Source: an uncultured Nitrospiraceae bacterium
GTDB taxonomy: Bacteria; Nitrospirota; Nitrospiria; Nitrospirales; Nitrospiraceae
DNA: 64,000 nucleotides
Assembly: GCA_963730935.1 (NCBI GenBank)
Contig: CAVSTP010000002.1
Coordinates: 192,001 to 256,000, forward strand
Direction of reading: 5' to 3'
A model generated the notes under the pieces. That model was not told the origin of the DNA, searched no databases, and was given only the letters and a program-made list of their open reading frames with translations. A program made the translations under genes and the position numbers. How positions within the stretch are numbered: the stretch's first letter is position 1; every line of letters starts with the position of its first letter. Below, one piece after another: positions 54,047 to 63,748 of the stretch.

Positions 54047-56460
54047 TCGTGGGCGTCCCCGACCGGCCCGCGGCGCCCGATCACTTCACGGCGGCCATCG
54101 CGTCCGGCAGCACCGACCAGCCCGTCGGCTTCCATCTGTTCGATCATTCGGGCCGCCCGCGGATATCCCACCCTCAGCCGCCGTTGGATCAGCGAAGCGG
54201 AGGCTTGTCCGGTCGACAGCACCAGCTCCTTGGCCTGCTCATAGACTTCGTCCTGCGCTTCCTCCTCCTTCACCTCTTCCTGTTTCAAGGATTGCAATTC
54301 CTGGTTATAGCTCGGCGTGGCTTGTTCTTTGACGAATTCAACCACGCGGCGGACGTCGTCGTCGGACACGAACGAGCCGTGCAGGCGCATCAAGCGGCCC
54401 GTCCCGGAGGCGAGGTAGAGCATGTCGCCTCGGCCCAACAACGCTTCCGCGCCGTTGGCATCGAGAATCGTCCGGGAATCCGTTTTCGAGGAGACTTGAA
54501 ATGCAATACGCGCTGGAAAATTCGCCTTGATCAATCCCGTCAGCACGTCGACCGAAGGGCGCTGGGTCGCCAGCACGAGATGGATGCCGGAAGCGCGCGC
54601 CATCTGTGCCAGCCGAGCGATCTTGTCCTCGACGTCCTTCGGCGCGACCATCATCAAATCCGCAAGCTCATCGATCATGACGACGATGTACGGCAGGGGT
54701 TCCGGTGGAGTCGGCGGCGGCATAAAGGATCCAGGATTGCCGTCCTGGATCGCCGTTTCCCCGGCAGACAAACGTTCCTCTTCCGAGAGAAAGCGCATCG
54801 GCAACTCCGGCTGATCCGGCTTGCCTTCTGCTCCGGCGTCGGGAAGGACGCCTTGGGCGCCGGCCACCTTGCGGTTGTAGGAATCGATGTTGCGGACTCC
54901 TGCTTCCGCCAGCAATTTATACCGGCGCTCCATTTCCTGCACGACCCAACTCAAGCCGCGGGCTGCGGACTTCGGGTCGGTAATGACCGGTCGCAGCAGA
55001 TGGGGGATCCCGTCGTAGGTCTGGAACTCCAGCATCTTGGGATCGATCAAGAGCAGTTTCACTTCATTGGGCTTTGCCGAGAGCAGGATGCTGATCAGCA
55101 TCGTATTCAGGCTGACGCTCTTGCCCGCACCCGTAGCGCCGGCGACAAGGAGATGCGGCATCGTTTTAAGATCCGCCGTGACGGGGCCGCCGAAAATGTC
55201 CTTTCCGAGCGCCAGCGTCAGTTTGGACCGGGCCCGTGTGAAGGCGTCGCTCGTTGCGACTTCCTTCATGGACACAGTTTCACGTTGCGTATTGGGCACT
55301 TCGATCCCGACGACCGACTTGCCGGGGATCGGGGCTACGATTCGCAAGCTGATGGCTTTCATCGCCAGGGCCAAGTCGTCGGCAAGGTTCACGATCCTGG
55401 CCACCTTGGTCCCGGGTGCCGGCTCGAACTCATACATGGTCACCACAGGCCCAGGGCGGACCTCGGTGATCCGGCCTTCGATACCGAAACTCAACAACGC
55501 CTTCGAGAGGATGTCGGACTGGGCCTTGAGCTCGTCGTCGGTGATGCGGGTCAAGACGCCCGATGGGTCCGTCAACAATTCGTCCGCATCCGGCAATTGG
55601 TAATCGCCGGCGTCGTCCGTCTTGCTCGAGACCGGCGCCTCTGGCTCAGGTTCGTCTACCTCTGCCGGCTCTAGTGGCACCACCGCCCGTGGCAGGACCG
55701 GCACTTCAGCGGGGACCGTCTCCTCCGGCTGCGGTAGCGCCTCTTCGATGACCGACCGGATGGATTTTGTCCGCTTCGGCTTGGCGGGCTTCGGTGCTTC
55801 TGCCTCGGCCTCTGTTGTCCGCTCCGGAATGAAAGCGCTGATACCCGCAAACACCTTCTTGCCCCATTCAGACGCTTGAATGGCCAACTGTGCGAGCGAG
55901 ACCGGAGCCGTAAAGAGCAGCGCGACGACGAACCCGCAAATGATAAGGATATGAGCACCGGTGCTGGCGAAATAGGCCCGCAGTCCGTCGGCCAGCAGTT
56001 GTCCGAACAGCCCCCCCGCCTGCCCCCGGAACACCATCCCGCTGGAAATCGTGGGCACAGCTGCGATCTCGAGATGGAGCAGGCCGCTCAGGAACAAGAG
56101 CGCCGCCAGCGAGGCGCCGGCATTGCGCAGCCGGATCGAAAGATCGCTCTGAGTGAAGCAACGGGCGCCGAGCAATCCGAGAAGCAGCGGAAACAGGTAC
56201 GCGGCGCCCCCGATTAGAGAAAAAAGCAATGACGAAAAGACGGCGCCTGCTGAGCCGATCAGATTGTGCGTCGGCGGTGTCGTCGTGGCGCTTGGCGTCG
56301 CCACGACCTTGGGCTCGCCGGGCACGAAGGACAGCAGACTCAACAGCGTAAGGAGGCTTAGCGCCACCAGGATTACGCCGATTACTTCACGCTTGAGATG
56401 GGAAGGGGGAGCTGGGGCGCGACGGGCCTCGCCCCGCTTGGCCGAGCTGGTTACGCCCAT
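54043..56460 (-). CDS. ftsK: DNA translocase FtsK
   Basis: Four-TM N-terminus; HLLVAGATGAGKS, IDELADLMM, ATQRPSVDV, gamma domain (ASLIQRRLRVGYPRAAR). Start taken at ATG 56460. Confidence 0.97.
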   Translation of the reverse strand: MGVTSSAKRGEARRAPAPPSHLKREVIGVILVALSLLTLLSLLSFVPGEPKVVATPSATTTPPTHNLIGSAGAVFSSLLFSLIGGAAYLFPLLLGLLGARCFTQSDLSIRLRNAGASLAALLFLSGLLHLEIAAVPTISSGMVFRGQAGGLFGQLLADGLRAYFASTGAHILIICGFVVALLFTAPVSLAQLAIQASEWGKKVFAGISAFIPERTTEAEAEAPKPAKPKRTKSIRSVIEEALPQPEETVPAEVPVLPRAVVPLEPAEVDEPEPEAPVSSKTDDAGDYQLPDADELLTDPSGVLTRITDDELKAQSDILSKALLSFGIEGRITEVRPGPVVTMYEFEPAPGTKVARIVNLADDLALAMKAISLRIVAPIPGKSVVGIEVPNTQRETVSMKEVATSDAFTRARSKLTLALGKDIFGGPVTADLKTMPHLLVAGATGAGKSVSLNTMLISILLSAKPNEVKLLLIDPKMLEFQTYDGIPHLLRPVITDPKSAARGLSWVVQEMERRYKLLAEAGVRNIDSYNRKVAGAQGVLPDAGAEGKPDQPELPMRFLSEEERLSAGETAIQDGNPGSFMPPPTPPEPLPYIVVMIDELADLMMVAPKDVEDKIARLAQMARASGIHLVLATQRPSVDVLTGLIKANFPARIAFQVSSKTDSRTILDANGAEALLGRGDMLYLASGTGRLMRLHGSFVSDDDVRRVVEFVKEQATPSYNQELQSLKQEEVKEEEAQDEVYEQAKELVLSTGQASASLIQRRLRVGYPRAARMIEQMEADGLVGAAGRDGRREVIGRRGPVGDAHE

Positions 56461-56521
56461 GCGCGGGATGCTAACACAGGGGGTAGGCCAATTCAAACAA
56501 ACGTCACGGCTCTTCCACGCG

Positions 56522-57325
56522 TCATAAGACCTTGCGTCGAGCCAGCTGTCCGGTCAGTTCCATGAATTGCTCGAGCGTCAACGTCTCGGCGCGGACGGTC
56601 GAGACCAGCTTCATCCCGGCCACTGCCCCGGTCACAATTGGCGCCTCATAGCCTTCGTCCCGAAGCGAATTCACCAGAGTCTTCCGGCGATGGGCAAATG
56701 CGGCTTTCACGAGGGCAGTAAAGCCCGGCTCCTCATGCGGAGAAAGCAACGCCTCCGGTCTCGGACGCAGCACCACGACGGCGGAGCCGACGTCCGGTCG
56801 CGGCCGAAAACAGTTGGCCGAGACCTTGAAGGCCTTTTTCACGTCAGCCGCATACTGCATCAAGAGCGACAGAACACCGTAATCGGCATCACCGGCCTTC
56901 GCCACGAGGCGGTCGGCGACTTCATTCTGCAGCATCAGCACCAGACGCGGGAACCGGCGGCGCTGCTCGAGGAACTTGAAGAGGAGTGGGGTCGAAATGT
57001 AGTACGGCAGGTTCGCGACCACCACACCGGCCGGCAGGGTTTCGAACGGATGGCTCAGGGCGTCCGCACAGATCACCTCCACATTCTTCCAGTCGGTTTG
57101 GCGCGTTTGCAGAAGCGCACACAGCTCGGCATCGATCTCGATCGCGACCACGCGACGGGCTGCACGAGAAAGCGCATCCGTCAAGATACCTCGGCCCGGA
57201 CCGATTTCAAGCACCGTGTCGTCCGGTGTGAGTTCCGCTGCGGCGACGATTTTTCGAACGATGTTCTGATCGATTAGGAAATGCTGTCCGAGGCGCTTGT
57301 TTGCTGGGGGGAACGGCGCTGGCAC
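56522..57325 (-). CDS. rsmA: 16S rRNA adenine dimethyltransferase RsmA/KsgA
   Basis: KRLGQHFL, LEIGPGRG, VANLPYYIS, FRPRPDVGS, FAHRRKTL. Confidence 0.96.
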   Translation of the reverse strand: MPAPFPPANKRLGQHFLIDQNIVRKIVAAAELTPDDTVLEIGPGRGILTDALSRAARRVVAIEIDAELCALLQTRQTDWKNVEVICADALSHPFETLPAGVVVANLPYYISTPLLFKFLEQRRRFPRLVLMLQNEVADRLVAKAGDADYGVLSLLMQYAADVKKAFKVSANCFRPRPDVGSAVVVLRPRPEALLSPHEEPGFTALVKAAFAHRRKTLVNSLRDEGYEAPIVTGAVAGMKLVSTVRAETLTLEQFMELTGQLARRKVL

Positions 57326-57658
57326 CTACGAGCCTCCGTCGGGAGGGCGTTGAGCGGCTTTGGAGAGCTGCTGCCCCAACTCCTTAAGCGGCACGCGGAA
57401 GCAATCGACCAGATCAGTGAACTCCTCAACGAGATCATTGGTGAAGACCATGCCCGGTTGCAGACGGGCGAACTCCTGCGCGGCTTTCTCGCCGACCGAC
57501 TCGGTCAGCAGGGCAATCGTCCGGACACGCCATTTGGCGACCCGTTCGGTGCCGGCCACGGTGTTGAGCGACATCTCCATCGTGTCCTGATAAATCGAAT
57601 CTAGTTCCTTGAGTTGGTGTTGGATGACCACAAGCGCTTTGTTCGAATCCATGGGCAT
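57326..57658 (-). CDS. Hypothetical helical protein
   Basis: AAGGAG RBS; fills the gap between pdxA and rsmA on the same strand; start is 57658 or 57652. Confidence 0.7.
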   Translation of the reverse strand: MPMDSNKALVVIQHQLKELDSIYQDTMEMSLNTVAGTERVAKWRVRTIALLTESVGEKAAQEFARLQPGMVFTNDLVEEFTDLVDCFRVPLKELGQQLSKAAQRPPDGGS

Positions 57659-57674
57659 GATCAGATGGTTCTCC

Positions 57675-58715
57675 TTATGGTGCGGCGTGGGCTGGTCGTC
57701 GCTTCTGCGCGAGCCTGGCAGCAAGTTTGACCGCTTCCATCAGGCTCCCGGGATCGGCGATGCCTTTGCCGACAATGTCGAAGGCGGTGCCGTGATCGAC
57801 CGACGTCCGGATGATCGGCAGGCCGACCGTGAGGTTGACGCAGCTGCCAAAGGCGACCATCTTCAGAGGAATCAATCCCTGATCGTGATAGAGCGCGACG
57901 ATCGCATCGTAGTCGCCTCGGGCGGCCTTCCCGAATAGCGTATCCGCCGGCATGGGGTCGCTGGCGAGAATCCCCTTGGCCTGCGCCGCGCGGGCGGCAG
58001 GTGAAATGACGCGCAACTCTTCATCGCCAAAAAGGCCTTGCTCTCCCGCGTGCGGATTGAGGGCGGCGATTCCGATACGGGGTTTCTTGAACCCGAAGAG
58101 CGTCGTCATGGCCATGTGCGCCAGCCGAATGCCCTTTTCGATCTTGGCTTGCGTCAACAACGATGGAAGGTCCCTGATGGCGACGTGTGTCGTCACGAAC
58201 ATGATCTTCAGCGGGCCTCCGATGATCATCATGCCGGATTCTTCCGCGTGAGTGAGGTCCGCCAGCAGTTCCGTATGGCCCGGGTAATGACACCCGGCCA
58301 TATTAATGGCTTCTTTATTGATCGGACCGGTGACCATCCCGTCGATACAGCCTGTCTGGGCCAGGTGCACGGCTTTCTTGATAAAGGCCACCGATGCCGC
58401 ACCGGTTTCCGGCGCCGCCACGCCAGATTGGTAGCGAGTGAGCGGGCGCTCGAGCGGATCCAACACGGCAATCTCTCCTGGTCGCCGCCCCGTGGGTTCA
58501 TGTCCCTCGACCACGCGCACCGTGAGCTTCAACTTCAGCCTCTTCACGGTCTCCTGCATGACGTCTGAAGAGCCGATGACAAGCGGTGAGCAGACACGCC
58601 GGAGGGCCGTTCCCATGAGAGCCTTGGCGATGACTTCCGGTCCGATACCTGCCGGGTCGCCCATCGTAATGCCAAGCAACGGCACTCTGTGTCCTGTTTG
58701 TGTTGCGGGCTTCAC
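57675..58715 (-). CDS. pdxA: 4-hydroxythreonine-4-phosphate dehydrogenase PdxA
   Basis: TMGDPAGIGPE, PINKEA, GHTE, LNPHAGE, YHDQGLIP, RTSVDHGTAFDI. Confidence 0.96.
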   Translation of the reverse strand: MKPATQTGHRVPLLGITMGDPAGIGPEVIAKALMGTALRRVCSPLVIGSSDVMQETVKRLKLKLTVRVVEGHEPTGRRPGEIAVLDPLERPLTRYQSGVAAPETGAASVAFIKKAVHLAQTGCIDGMVTGPINKEAINMAGCHYPGHTELLADLTHAEESGMMIIGGPLKIMFVTTHVAIRDLPSLLTQAKIEKGIRLAHMAMTTLFGFKKPRIGIAALNPHAGEQGLFGDEELRVISPAARAAQAKGILASDPMPADTLFGKAARGDYDAIVALYHDQGLIPLKMVAFGSCVNLTVGLPIIRTSVDHGTAFDIVGKGIADPGSLMEAVKLAARLAQKRRPAHAAP

Positions 58716-58718
58716 AGC

Positions 58719-59720
58719 TCACCACCCATACAAATACATCGCATACCCTATATAAAGGACCGCGCCGATCATGAGCAACCAGGGACGCCACTGACCGGAC
58801 CACGCCGCTTGCAGCAGCAAACTTCCCGTCGCGACCACCGCAAGGACCATCGTGATCAACGCCGACGGCGCGAGCGTCCATTCGGTGCCCAGGAGGCCCA
58901 CCGACACGGGCACCGTCCCTTGAAACACCATGGCGCCGGTGACGTTTCCGACGGCCAGCCGGTCCTTCTTTTGATAGAGCCACAGAAAGCTGTTGGACAT
59001 CTCCGGCAGTTCTGTGGCGAGCGGTGCAATCAGGAGGGCCAAGATCAACGGGGAAATAGCCAGGAGATGTGCCGTTGAGTCAGCCGCGCTGACAAACAGA
59101 TGCGCCCCTAGTGCGAGTCCGCCCAGCCCCGCCAGCGCCTGGAGTGTGATGACAGCATACGAGGGTGTTTTCGCATGTTTGGAAAACAACAGCGGACCGA
59201 GCTCGCTCGGCTCATTCGACTCGTCGTCGCTGAACTTGAGCTTGACGTAGTACCCGTACAGGCTGAGTAAGCCAACGGCGGCCATTATGCGCACCGGCCG
59301 AGACGGGACAAAGGCGCAGGCCAACGCGACCATGTAGGCCAGCGCAAAACACGTCAAATCAACGGTGATGTCTTTGTAGTTGAGACGGAAGGAACGACCT
59401 CGTTTGCCCAGCCGAGCATAGACGAGCAACAACAACGCGAGCATTGGAACGACCAGCGTACTGAGCATGAAGGGCGCCCCAAGGATCGCGCCCAACCCCA
59501 CCTCGGCTTCTTCGCGCGTCGCACCGAAAAAGATGGCAACGATGGGGATCGAGGTTTCTGGAAGCGTGGTGCCGATCGCGGCCAGGACGCTGCCCACCGC
59601 ACCCTCTGACAGGTTCCGGCGCTTTCCCAGCCATTCGATCGCGTTCGTAAACAGCGCGCAGGCGCCGAGCGTGACCACCACGGATGCGACGAACAAGAAG
59701 ACGTAGGCGAGCAGCGTCAC
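58719..59720 (-). CDS. Sodium:calcium antiporter (CaCA family)
   Basis: Alpha repeats AIGTTLPE and PLATELPE, GAILGA and GNVTGA; GTG start overlapping the larC stop. Confidence 0.88.
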   Translation of the reverse strand: MTLLAYVFLFVASVVVTLGACALFTNAIEWLGKRRNLSEGAVGSVLAAIGTTLPETSIPIVAIFFGATREEAEVGLGAILGAPFMLSTLVVPMLALLLLVYARLGKRGRSFRLNYKDITVDLTCFALAYMVALACAFVPSRPVRIMAAVGLLSLYGYYVKLKFSDDESNEPSELGPLLFSKHAKTPSYAVITLQALAGLGGLALGAHLFVSAADSTAHLLAISPLILALLIAPLATELPEMSNSFLWLYQKKDRLAVGNVTGAMVFQGTVPVSVGLLGTEWTLAPSALITMVLAVVATGSLLLQAAWSGQWRPWLLMIGAVLYIGYAMYLYGW

Positions 59721-60919
59721 AAACGACCCTTCGCTGCACGGCGGGTCTTCGCATAGGCTAATGCCGCTTCTTCCAGCACCGCTTTGACGGGACGTCCGGT
59801 CCGCTCGGCGATCCGCTTGCAGTCGAGATATTCCGGCGCGGCCTTGGTGTTTGCGGAGTCGACGGCCGCAATCTTGATCCTGACCGTTCCGCCTCGGATC
59901 TTCACTGACGCGAACCGTCTCGGAAGAATGTGCCGACTGATCTCCTGCACCCGGACTCCCAGCGCCGTCGTTTCTTCGAACAGCACATTCAGCGCTGGAT
60001 CGACGCCGACGGGCGGCACCAGACAAGCGAGCACAATGGCCGGACGGCCACGCTTCATAATGACGGGCGTGAGTGTGACGTCCAGGGCCCCGGCATGGAA
60101 GAGCCGCTCCATGATGTGTTCGTAGGTTTGGGGATTGACATCGTCGAGATTTGTTTCGATTTGGACCACGGTGTCCCGCGCCCGGCCATCCCTGGCGCCT
60201 TCCGGTGACAGAAAGACACGAAGGACGTTCGGCCATCCCTCCGGGTTGGCATCCCCGGCACCATATCCCACGGCGACCGGAGTCATCAGCGGCATCGGTC
60301 CGAATTCAGCGGTAAGCGTTCTCAGCAACGCAAGACCCGTCGGGGTGGTCAGTTCACGCGAAGGTCCGGCGCTGTAAATCGGCACCTGCTTGGCGAGCAT
60401 CGCGACCGCGGGGCCCGGCGCAGGCAAGACGCCGTGCTCGGAGTGCAACGTACCGGTCCCCACGTTCACGGCAGAAGCCGTGACCCTGCTCACGTCGAGC
60501 AGTTCGCAGCAGATGACCCCGCCGACGATGTCGACGAACGAATCCAGGACACCGACTTCATGAAAATGCACATGGTCTTTGGGGACGCGATGGGCCGTTC
60601 CTTCGGCTTCCGCCAGACGCTCGAACACCGCGAGGCTTTGCCGGCGTACGTTCGGCGAAAGCCGGCTCGAGGAGAGCACCGTACGAATGCGGGAGAGCGA
60701 CCACGGACGCCGGAGATTCGGCGTGATGAGCACGTCGATTTTGGTGGCCGAAATCGCCCCTCGCTGCACCCGGCGTTTCCGGAGCCTGAACCCCTGGACG
60801 CCCAGCCGCGACAGGCCTTTGACCAGCTCTGGAAACGGCGCGCCCGCGTCAACCAGCGCGCCCAACGTCATGTCCCCGCTGATGCCGGAGAAGCAATCGA
60901 AGTGTAAGTGAGCGCCCAC
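59717..60919 (-). CDS. larC: Nickel pincer cofactor biosynthesis protein LarC
   Basis: FDCFSGISGDMTLGAL, VHFHEVG, PAPGPA, ELTTPTG, ETNLDD, MKRGRP, ETTALGVR, PEY. Start is 60919 or 60934. Confidence 0.93.
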   Translation of the reverse strand: MGAHLHFDCFSGISGDMTLGALVDAGAPFPELVKGLSRLGVQGFRLRKRRVQRGAISATKIDVLITPNLRRPWSLSRIRTVLSSSRLSPNVRRQSLAVFERLAEAEGTAHRVPKDHVHFHEVGVLDSFVDIVGGVICCELLDVSRVTASAVNVGTGTLHSEHGVLPAPGPAVAMLAKQVPIYSAGPSRELTTPTGLALLRTLTAEFGPMPLMTPVAVGYGAGDANPEGWPNVLRVFLSPEGARDGRARDTVVQIETNLDDVNPQTYEHIMERLFHAGALDVTLTPVIMKRGRPAIVLACLVPPVGVDPALNVLFEETTALGVRVQEISRHILPRRFASVKIRGGTVRIKIAAVDSANTKAAPEYLDCKRIAERTGRPVKAVLEEAALAYAKTRRAAKGRL

Positions 60920-61085
60920 GTTTGCCCTTTCCACGGCCCGTTCAGCCGCGCCATCTTACCCAACGGTGGGGTGAACGGCAATCACGGCACGCGCATTGAC
61001 AGGCCGTAGACACTGTGTTATCCCACAATGGCACATCAGCTCCTCCTGCCTCCCGGCAACCAGAAGGCCGCAGACGACACGACAC

Positions 61086-61625
61086 ATGTTAGGCACCACG
61101 ACGCACCCGACCTGCTTCCGTCTCGTTCTGGTCGTTCTGGCATGGACGATGGCCTGCTCGATGCTGTTCGTGCTGTCTCCTGACACGGTCTCGGCCAAGT
61201 CCAAGCCGACCAAGGCGCCTCGACCCGAGCCGGAACTCAAGGTCCTCGAACTGAAGATCAGACCTACTCCCTACACGGTATCGGCGGGTTCACTGGAATT
61301 TTCTGCGGTGGTCCAACTGCCCAAAGAACTTGACGGCGCCACGATCCTCGAAGTGTCCTCACTCGTCAGTTCTCCTTCCAAGACCTCCATTCGTTTTCTT
61401 TCGTTGCGCAAACCTCTGGAATCGCCGGTGGCAACGCCGGTCAGCACGGAACCGCCGAGGATCTCTGTCGTGCTGACGTGGGATGGCATGGATCACACAA
61501 AGACGCCGGCCGAAGCCGGAACGTATCACTTCGAACTCCGAGCCAAGCTCCTTTCAAACGGCGACAAAGGCCCGCGCACGCTCATGGTCTCTTGGCCCAA
61601 GCGAGGAACATTGGAAGTGCGGTAG
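61086..61625 (+). CDS. Exported protein with an FlgD-like Ig-fold motif
   Basis: N-terminal hydrophobic segment; LTWDGMD...AGTYHFEL; start uncertain. Confidence 0.6.
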   Translation: MLGTTTHPTCFRLVLVVLAWTMACSMLFVLSPDTVSAKSKPTKAPRPEPELKVLELKIRPTPYTVSAGSLEFSAVVQLPKELDGATILEVSSLVSSPSKTSIRFLSLRKPLESPVATPVSTEPPRISVVLTWDGMDHTKTPAEAGTYHFELRAKLLSNGDKGPRTLMVSWPKRGTLEVR

Positions 61626-61648
61626 ACCGGCAGGTGTTGTGTGACGGC

Positions 61649-62422
61649 TTACTTCCGTGAACGGAGGGCTGCCCTCTCACCCAGCACGTTGATCCGGTGC
61701 GCGAGGCAGCCGGCGCCAAAACCGTTGTCGATGTTCATAACGCCGACGCCCGCCGCGCAGGAATTGAGCATGGTCAAGAGCGCGGCTAACCCATTGAAGC
61801 TCGCCCCGTAGCCGCGGCTGGTGGGCACAGCCACGACGGGACAATCCACCAATCCCCCGACGACGCTCGGCAGTACGCCGTCCATTCCGGCGACCACCAC
61901 AATGACGTGGGCGTCTGTGAGTTGCTTGTGGCGTCCCAACAATCGGTGTATGCCTGCGACGCCCACGTCGTAGAGCGTCTCCACCCGGCTGCCCATGATT
62001 TCCGCGGTAATTCTCGCTTCCTCCGCCACCGGGACATCGGAAGTGCCGGCGGTGATCACCAACACCTGTCCCTCCAGCCGCCGTTTGAGATCGCGACGGG
62101 CCACGATGCGGGCCTGCTCATGATAGACCGCGCGACGGTCGATCCGCTTAATGAGAGCCGCTACCTGAGGAGTCGCCCGCGTGGCCAGGAACGGCCTGTG
62201 ATGTTTGAGCAGTGAAGCCGCGATGCCGCGAATCTGCACGGGTGTCTTGCCTTCGCACAAAATCACTTCCGGGAAGCCCTGCCGGATGGAACGATGGTGA
62301 TCGAGGGAAGCGAATCCCAAGTCTTCGAAGGGCAGCGCGCGCAGTTGTTCCAGTGCCGCGGGCACAGTCACTTTCCCGCTTCTCACACGGGTGAGCAGGC
62401 GCTCGAGCCGTTCACGGTTCAC
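61649..62422 (-). CDS. larB: Nickel pincer cofactor biosynthesis protein LarB
   Basis: DHHRSIRQGFPEV, AGTSDVPVAEEA, DVGVAGIHRL, AGMDGVL, VPTSRGYG, NIDNGFGA. Confidence 0.94.
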   Translation of the reverse strand: MNRERLERLLTRVRSGKVTVPAALEQLRALPFEDLGFASLDHHRSIRQGFPEVILCEGKTPVQIRGIAASLLKHHRPFLATRATPQVAALIKRIDRRAVYHEQARIVARRDLKRRLEGQVLVITAGTSDVPVAEEARITAEIMGSRVETLYDVGVAGIHRLLGRHKQLTDAHVIVVVAGMDGVLPSVVGGLVDCPVVAVPTSRGYGASFNGLAALLTMLNSCAAGVGVMNIDNGFGAGCLAHRINVLGERAALRSRK

Positions 62423-63438
62423 GGTCCGGCCTTTTCCGGTTTGGCGACCCGTTCCATCAGATCGCTCACGGCTTTGCGGCAGGATTTTCCTTCAAACAGG
62501 ACGGCATTGACTTCGCGAACGATCGGCATCTCCACGCCATGCCGCACCGCCAATCCGGCAGCCGCCCGACTCGTTCGCACGCCCTCCGCGACCGCTTGCA
62601 TCCCTCCCAAGATGGTCTCCAGTTTGTCGCCTTGTCCGAGACGAACGCCGACATGATGGTTCCGGCTTAAGGCGCCGGTGCAGGTCAGCACGAGATCGCC
62701 GACACCCGACAAGCCATAGAATGTCCTCGGATCTGCTCCCATCGCCATACCCAGACGCACCATTTCGGCCAGTCCCCTCGTGATCATGGCGGCCCTCGTG
62801 TTGTGTCCCAAACCCAATCCGTCGACGACGCCGGCCGCGAGGGCCATCACATTTTTCAACGCCCCACCCAATTGCACCCCGACGACGTCGCTGTCGGCAT
62901 AGACGCGAAGAGAGGACGTCATGAAGGCGGTCTGGAAGGATTCGACCAACGCAGCATTGGTTCCCGCAAGACACAGCGCCGTTGGCTGCCCCTGACTGAC
63001 TTCCACCGCAAAGCTGGGTCCGGACAGCACCATGAGCCCATCGTGCAAAGCGGGAGGCAGCACATCGGTGATGACTTGCGTCATGAGCTTAAAGGTATCT
63101 TCCTCGACGCCTTTCGTGGCACTCACGATGGGAAGTGGGCGAGAGAGCAAAGGGGCAAGCTGCTGGAGGACGAGGCGAGCCACATGCGATGGCACGACGA
63201 ACAGCAGGCCGTCGCACGATTCCACGGCTTCCGCCAGAACGTTCGTCACCTTGAGTGCGGCAGGAAGCGTGACACCCGGTAAAAACAGCTGGTTCTCGCG
63301 CTTGGCGGCGATCGAATCGAGCACCTCCCGCTCGTAGGCCCATAAGGCGATCTGGAGTCCTTTTTCCGCGAGATGCTTCGCAAGCGCCGTTCCCCAGGCT
63401 CCGGCACCGATCACAGCAATTCGTTGGGCGGGTGGCAT
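62419..63438 (-). CDS. gpsA: NAD(P)H-dependent glycerol-3-phosphate dehydrogenase
   Basis: GAGAWGTALA, SGPSFA, GGALKNV, GLSGVGDLVLTC, SRN. Confidence 0.97.
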   Translation of the reverse strand: MPPAQRIAVIGAGAWGTALAKHLAEKGLQIALWAYEREVLDSIAAKRENQLFLPGVTLPAALKVTNVLAEAVESCDGLLFVVPSHVARLVLQQLAPLLSRPLPIVSATKGVEEDTFKLMTQVITDVLPPALHDGLMVLSGPSFAVEVSQGQPTALCLAGTNAALVESFQTAFMTSSLRVYADSDVVGVQLGGALKNVMALAAGVVDGLGLGHNTRAAMITRGLAEMVRLGMAMGADPRTFYGLSGVGDLVLTCTGALSRNHHVGVRLGQGDKLETILGGMQAVAEGVRTSRAAAGLAVRHGVEMPIVREVNAVLFEGKSCRKAVSDLMERVAKPEKAGP

Positions 63439-63643
63439 TGTTCAGGATGAAGAGTTAGGTGGATGGGATGGATATCGCGTCTCTTCGCGTCCAATCGAGC
63501 GGCCGGATTATAGGAAGGCCTCCTTTCTTCTGTCAACGAAGCGCGTTGTCCACGGACTGTACAAGGCCGACTGGTCTAGACGACAGAACCACGCGATCAT
63601 GGCCTAGAACATGCGATTTATGCGGACTTTTTGCGATTCTTCG

Positions 63644-63659
63644 TGGCACATCGTTTGCT
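63644..63659 (+). promoter_or_regulatory. sigma54 (-24/-12) promoter
   Basis: TGGCAC-ATCGT-TTGCT, matching the consensus core, about 90 nt upstream of ATG 63749. Confidence 0.75.
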
Positions 63660-63748
63660 CAGCCACAACACGATTTCACAAATTACTTCGTGGTTCAGCG
63701 TTCGATGGGTAGGATGGCAAGGACACGAACGCAAGCGAGGATTCGATA

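Noticed and set aside
59721..60236. N-terminal extension of the 505-aa antiporter ORF
   Set aside because: It overlaps larC in another frame; the hydrophobic CaCA sequence begins at GTG 59720.
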